Below the pieces are notes generated by a model that ran no database searches, was not told the origin of the DNA, and worked only from the letters and a program-made list of their open reading frames with translations. DNA of 64,000 nucleotides, from contig NW_025766976.1 in assembly GCF_003918875.1 (NCBI RefSeq), forward strand, positions 744,001-808,000, in the 5' to 3' direction. The DNA comes from Haliotis rubra (Eukaryota). This document shows, one piece after another, positions 62,301 to 64,000 of the stretch. The translations under genes were made by a program, and so were the position numbers. Position 1 is the stretch's first letter. Every line of letters starts with the position of its first letter.

Positions 62301-63793
62301 TTTACGAGTATTCCCAGCATCTGACGTTGATAGCTGTTGAAATACAATATGGCACATTCGTCGAAAGAGATGAATGTTTTATCTTGTAAACTTTATTCGA
62401 ACGTTATCCGATCTTCCCATTTGACCATACCTGGTATCCCTGCACCCTTCCCTTCATTGCAAGCCGCGTGTCGGGCACAGGGTCCCATGTCACCATGATG
62501 GCTGTTCCGTTGTAGGAGTCGCCGTTGAGATTGGAAGGTGTCGCTGTAGGCACTGGAAAAACACGTTTATTATAAATGACGCTCACATAAGAGTGAGTTT
62601 AGGTTTACGCCGCATTTAGCAATATTTCAGCAATATCACAACAGAACTGGGCTTCACACATTGTACCCATGTGGGGAATCGAACCCGTATCTTCGGCGTG
62701 ACGAGCGAACGCTTTAACCACTAGGCTACCCTGCCGACCACTCAAATCAGAGGATTTTATATCACGATGTTGCCTTAAACAGTGTTTCCTTCTGTGGCAA
62801 TGTCTTTTATTGTCTGATACATTTCCGGGCCAAACAAAAAGTATAAAAGTTTGATTTGACTATAACATTACAAACGTTTTCTAAAATACCCTATTTTTAT
62901 TAGATGAGAAAAATTAAATCGTCATCTTCCAGATCGTATAAATAATCAAATCAATAAATATTTATTAGTAATTATCCGTCTAAGGAATCCTTAAATATAC
63001 GTAATTAATAGTTTATCATTGTATCGAACACGAATTATGACTTTTAATGATAAAGTCACTTGACGGATACCTTAAAGAACCTTGACAAGGCTGATATCCT
63101 CGACTCTTATGATGCCTCCATTTTGTTTTGGCATATTCCCTGGCTATAACTTTGTTTCGGAAGTAAATCAACGAGCTTCGTCTCGCTTATATCTGGCACC
63201 AAAGATCACATTCAAGTCAACAATCGATCAAAATGCCACCTCAAAACGAGCTCGACATTCGGACATTCGGTAACACGCCCTTCTCCGGTTGTTTGGTTGG
63301 TGGGTGTTTAATGCCACACTCAGCAATATTCCAGCAATATGGCGGCGTCTGTAAATAATCGAGTCTGGACCAGACAATACAGTGATCAACATCATGAGCA
63401 TCGATCTACGCAATTAGGATACGATGACATGTGTCAATCAAGTCAGCGAGCCTGACCACCCGATCCCGTTATTCGCCACTTACGACAAGCATAGGTTGCT
63501 GAAGACCAGTTCTAACCCGGATCTTCACGGGTCCCTTCTCCGGACAAATGATGCTTGTAAAGCGCCAACGGAGATACCTCACGCTGTTATACCTAAATAT
63601 TGATGAGGATATGCTGGATATTCATGGGTACGGGAAGAAGCTTACTGTCCTCTGCCGACAAGACGATGCTGATGGTGGAGTTGGGGCCCTGGCCGAGACT
63701 GTTGAAGGCGGCCACCATTACCTCATACTCCAAGTAGTAGTTTTCTGAACCGACTGTCGTCACCCACTCGCCCACCTGACCTTCTACCGTGCC
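50273..63793 (-). CDS. Cont: contactin-like GPI-anchored cell adhesion protein, 3' portion (FnIII repeats 2-4 and GPI signal); join 63793-63646, 62552-62431, 61545-61359, 53840-53725, 51885-51803, 51379-51285, 50388-50273
   Basis: All six introns are GT-AG with consistent phases (1,0,1,0,2,1). Translation ..YEVMVAAFNSLGQGPNS..SAEDMP..VTWDPV..GLQPDGDYWFNVQVFNTAGLGP..VYVAWQGV..EETLLGYKMRYWES..YRLRVLAYNWGGDGKKSP.. is typical of invertebrate contactin. The C-terminus is hydrophobic with no cytoplasmic tail. Confidence 0.88.
50735..50937 (-). mobile_element. SINE family B (intronic)
   Basis: Consensus match with small deletions. Confidence 0.8.
51285..51379 (-). CDS. Cont: contactin-like exon (RGIKKGIIYRLRVLAYNWGGDGKKSPPVFFTL)
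   Basis: ttttgacag acceptor and G|GTAAGA donor; FnIII F/G strands. Confidence 0.88.
51803..51885 (-). CDS. Cont: contactin-like exon (MRYWESSENILTAKDATTLGKETHGII)
   Basis: ttctgttctcag acceptor and AG|GTAGCT donor; phases fit both neighbours. Confidence 0.82.
52402..52508. mobile_element. 107-bp Harbinger-type MITE
   Basis: TIRs GGC..CGTTCCTCAAA and a CAG TSD. Confidence 0.7.
53069..53412. repeat. 21-bp perfect inverted repeat pair, probable MITE
   Basis: tccggtaattctgcgcagcaa (53069-53089) / ttgctgcgcagaattaccgga (53392-53412). Confidence 0.55.
53725..53840 (-). CDS. Cont: contactin-like exon (APFLYPRYVEIRSHTFDSVYVAWQGVSTGLAEETLLGYK)
   Basis: tttctgacag acceptor and AAG|GTAAGA donor; start of the last FnIII domain. 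Confidence 0.88.
54321..55699 (-). mobile_element. RTE-X-like LINE fragment (RT C-terminal half), copy 1, inside the minisatellite
   Basis: HGVRQGCMLSP, LLFADDV, YKYLGV, LLYGAEMWG and EDEYHFLLVCP; 7-bp duplication gaagtga (54314-54320 / 55700-55706). Confidence 0.88.
57872..58915 (-). mobile_element. RTE-X-like LINE fragment, copy 2 (duplicate of copy 1, shorter, with an internal deletion)
   Basis: Near identical to 54567-55699 with the same junction actcggac|gaagtga; offset 3216 bp. Confidence 0.88.
61359..61545 (-). CDS. Cont: contactin-like exon (INYYMEGEEDP..FNTAGLGPRGEEYRISTFTS)
   Basis: tctacag acceptor and CAG|GTAAGA donor; FnIII motif GLQPxxxYxFxVQVFNxAGxGP. Confidence 0.9.
62057..62222 (-). 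mobile_element. SINE family A
   Basis: Full reverse-complement match. Confidence 0.85.
62431..62552 (-). CDS. Cont: contactin-like exon (MPTATPSNLNGDSYNGTAIMVTWDPVPDTRLAMKGRVQGYQ)
   Basis: tttttccag acceptor and CAG|GTATGG donor. Confidence 0.9.
62590..62740 (-). mobile_element. SINE family A
   Basis: Full reverse-complement match. Confidence 0.85.
63289..63533 (-). mobile_element. SINE family B, full length
   Basis: TSD cccttctccgg (63278-63288 / 63533-63543). Confidence 0.9.
63646..63793 (-). CDS. Cont: contactin-like exon (GTVEGQVGEWVTTVGSENYYLEYEVMVAAFNSLGQGPNSTISIVLSAED)
   Basis: gcttcag acceptor and A|GTAAGC donor; SAED linker characteristic of contactins. Confidence 0.9.
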
Positions 63794-64000
63794 CTGAAGC
63801 ACGCACATACAGGAGATAACAAGGTGGAATATGCAATGCAAGACCGGACGGGGATGGAGAGTCTCAATCTGATGCTTTGACCAATTATTCAGGACGGTCA
63901 GTAGGTGAAAAAGTCGAATTTCAAATATGTTTGACTCCCTCAGCTTCTTTCAGCTGTGAGTATTTTAGGATACATTTGTAATAGTTTTTCTTACAGCATT

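Overview
Eukaryotic, intron-containing animal DNA, most likely a mollusc; abalone (Haliotis) is plausible from the (ACTC)n-tailed SINE families, but this is inference only. Two convergent genes were reconstructed by hand from splice sites and reading phase. (1) A PP2C-like phosphatase of the Drosophila CG9801 family lies on + (coding exons ~26.9-43.1 kb, with a long 3' region free of recognisable TEs). (2) The last seven coding exons of a GPI-anchored contactin-like FnIII adhesion protein lie on - (63793 to 50273), and the gene continues beyond the window. The rest is mostly repeats: three SINE families, an L1/Tx1 LINE, RTE-X-like LINE fragments, a decayed hAT transposase, several MITEs and palindromes, two large minisatellites and four N-gaps. 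The main observation is that the 7.5 kb contactin intron 53841-61358 is filled by roughly 150 tandem copies of a 32-bp unit copied from the gene's own exon/intron junction. On the sense strand each unit reads GTAAGAGTACCTCATTAGTACCTTCACTTCAG, which is a donor, a branch-like CTCAT, a pyrimidine tract and an acceptor, so the intron is an array of recursive-splice-like (AG|GT) sites. A second observation is a headless SINE family whose full-length copies start at the same position with a pseudoknot-forming 5' domain.
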